From positions 81,904,001 to 81,968,000 of the forward strand of contig NC_058368.1 in assembly GCF_018350175.1 (NCBI RefSeq): a stretch of DNA of 64,000 bases, given 5' to 3'. Shown here in pieces: positions 62,588 to 64,000 of the stretch. The translations under genes were made by a program, and so were the position numbers. The number at the start of each line of letters is the position of its first letter. Positions within the stretch are counted from its first letter, which is position 1. The stretch is from Felis catus (Eukaryota). The notes under the pieces were generated by a model that saw only the letters and a list, made by a program, of their open reading frames with translations, did not search any database and was not told the origin of the DNA.

Positions 62588-63960
62588 GTGAGTGGCCTGC
62601 CGCGGCTCTGTGGGCAGAACGGAGCGTGACCACGTTCTTGGCCCACGCAGCTGATCGAAACTCTTCAGGTGCTAAGCCCAGCGCCAGGGGCGTGCCCAAG
62701 CGCACAGCAACCCCGCTGGGCATTGCCCCTTCATTCCCTAGCGCTCCCCAGGGCTGACATCCACCCTGTGCCTCGGGTGATCCCTGTGGAAGTGCAGGTG
62801 CTTGTCAGAGCCACAAATCTAGAACATTCTTACTGAGGGTCAGGCCGAAGAACGAGAGCCCAACAGGCTGAGAGCCATCATCAGCCTCCTAGTGAGAAGC
62901 AGCCAGGAAGCCCAGGAAGCCTATTTCCCGTGAAGCCTGCTTGCACCCCGCGTCACGACAGTCACTGTGGGAGCAGCGCGGGGCAGGCTGCCAGACAACG
63001 CCCAGGAAGCCTTTGTTTTCCGTGAATTAGTTTGCACACAAGCCCCCAGCTTGTGACCTCGCCTTGAGACCACCTCAACAACGCCCACCAGGTTGCCTTC
63101 AAGGACCTGAGCGCCCATGACGGTGGTTGTCCGTGACACCTTTACCTGTTCCTCGGTGCACGGGGTGGGGTGCTCTGCCTGGTCAGGGGCCATGAGTGAG
63201 GCGCCCCTGGCCCTGTGGGTGAGTCGCATGCTGCAACCCTGACCCCCGGGCTTCGGGTCTTGGAGAAAACCCATGCACCTGCGGTGTTTGCAGCACCGAA
63301 ACGCCTTCATTTCTGACAGCCCATTTCCTCGACGGTTAGGGACAAAACCAGAGACACCGGCTGAAAGTTAGTGGCCTGGCACTGAAATCACCAGATGTGC
63401 TCTGTGCTCCCACCAGGACCCAGTCTCCTCTGATGGCCACCTCTCAGCCCCAGGGGAGCGTGACACCCACGTCCAGCCACTGGGCACGTGAACCTCGTTA
63501 ACAACAGGTCTCTACGCAGACCTGTGGCGTTCAGTAATCAACAACACACAAGGGGGCGCCAGGCTCCATCTGGCCAGAAGCTCTCAGGACCTATTTTGTA
63601 GGACCTTAGCATCTGGCTGACAGCTTACAAAGCAAAGGCTGTATTTTTACCCAAAACTCACCAACAGAATGTCCTCAGAAAGGACAAGAGAAATAGACCA
63701 ATGAAAGCAAGCCCTGTGCAAAGAGCTTCCTCAGTCCCTGAAGCCACGTGTCCCATGGAAGGGCACGGCCCTGACTCTGGTGATGTCTGTAGTGACTTTG
63801 CTGGGCTTTGGTGGGAACAATGACAAAACCATCCTCTTTCAAGTCAGAGCACTGCTCAGTGACCACCGCGAGCTCCCTGGCGGATGCCTGACGTGGGTGG
63901 TATGCCCAGCTCTGTCAGGGTTCCAACACCTTCCCTCCGTGCTGAGGCCCATCGTCACAG

Positions 63961-64000
63961 GCCCATTTCACAAAGGGGTAAACTGAGGCACAGAGAGAAT
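63961..64000 (-). mobile_element. MIR fragment (cut by window end)
   Basis: cccatttcacaaaggggtaaactgaggcacagagag. Confidence 0.6.

Larger units (their letters stand above)
4290..64000 (+). other. MCF2L: MCF2L gene body (5' part: alternative first-exon region plus first four shared coding exons; continues beyond the window and probably also starts upstream)
   Basis: Four phase-compatible exons give a peptide recognised as the MCF2L/Dbs N-terminus (DEIMHQD...FAYLSGGRGQDGSPVITFPDYP...DRRQDKWTSVK...ASFPANLQLVLVLRP). Confidence 0.93.

Noticed and set aside
1..64000. Hundreds of 60-350 aa ORFs on both strands (e.g. 3701..4696, 18977..20026, 20791..21792, 50883..51770)
   Set aside because: Pro/Gly/Ala/Arg-rich, overlapping in all frames, many with GTG/TTG starts and no recognisable domains; expected from stop-codon scarcity in GC-rich introns.

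Overview
GC-rich mammalian genomic DNA, almost certainly felid (CAN-SINE/SINEC_Fc-type SINEs and a carnivore-type L1). It covers the 5' part of MCF2L (Dbs/Ost, a Dbl-family RhoGEF) on the + strand. Four internal coding exons (34379-34462, 37074-37188, 52910-53000, 62468-62587) have AG/GT boundaries and matching phases (1-1, 1-2, 2-0, 0-0). They splice into DEIMHQDITPLCAADIQDQLKKRFAYLSGGRGQDGSPVITFPDYPAFSDVPDKEFQNVMTYLTSIPSLQDAGIGFILVIDRRQDKWTSVKASVLRIAASFPANLQLVLVLRPAGFFQRTLSDLAFKFNRDDFKMKVP, most of the N-terminal Sec14/CRAL-TRIO-like domain. The 34 kb upstream holds up to four candidate alternative first coding exons (4290, 7249, 22281 and a possible GUG-start exon at 28115), each ending in a phase-1 donor that joins the shared exon in frame. 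Other contents: a 5'-inverted (twin-primed) L1 with a perfect target-site duplication (TSD), eight CAN-SINEs (two stacked at one site with a triplicated TSD), older MIR/L2/L1M/MLT1/MER fragments, and several G-quadruplex-prone minisatellites. Most ORFs in the supplied track are GC-content artefacts. I found no CRISPR array or wholly new system. Protein and repeat identities are recognised from memory, not database-checked.
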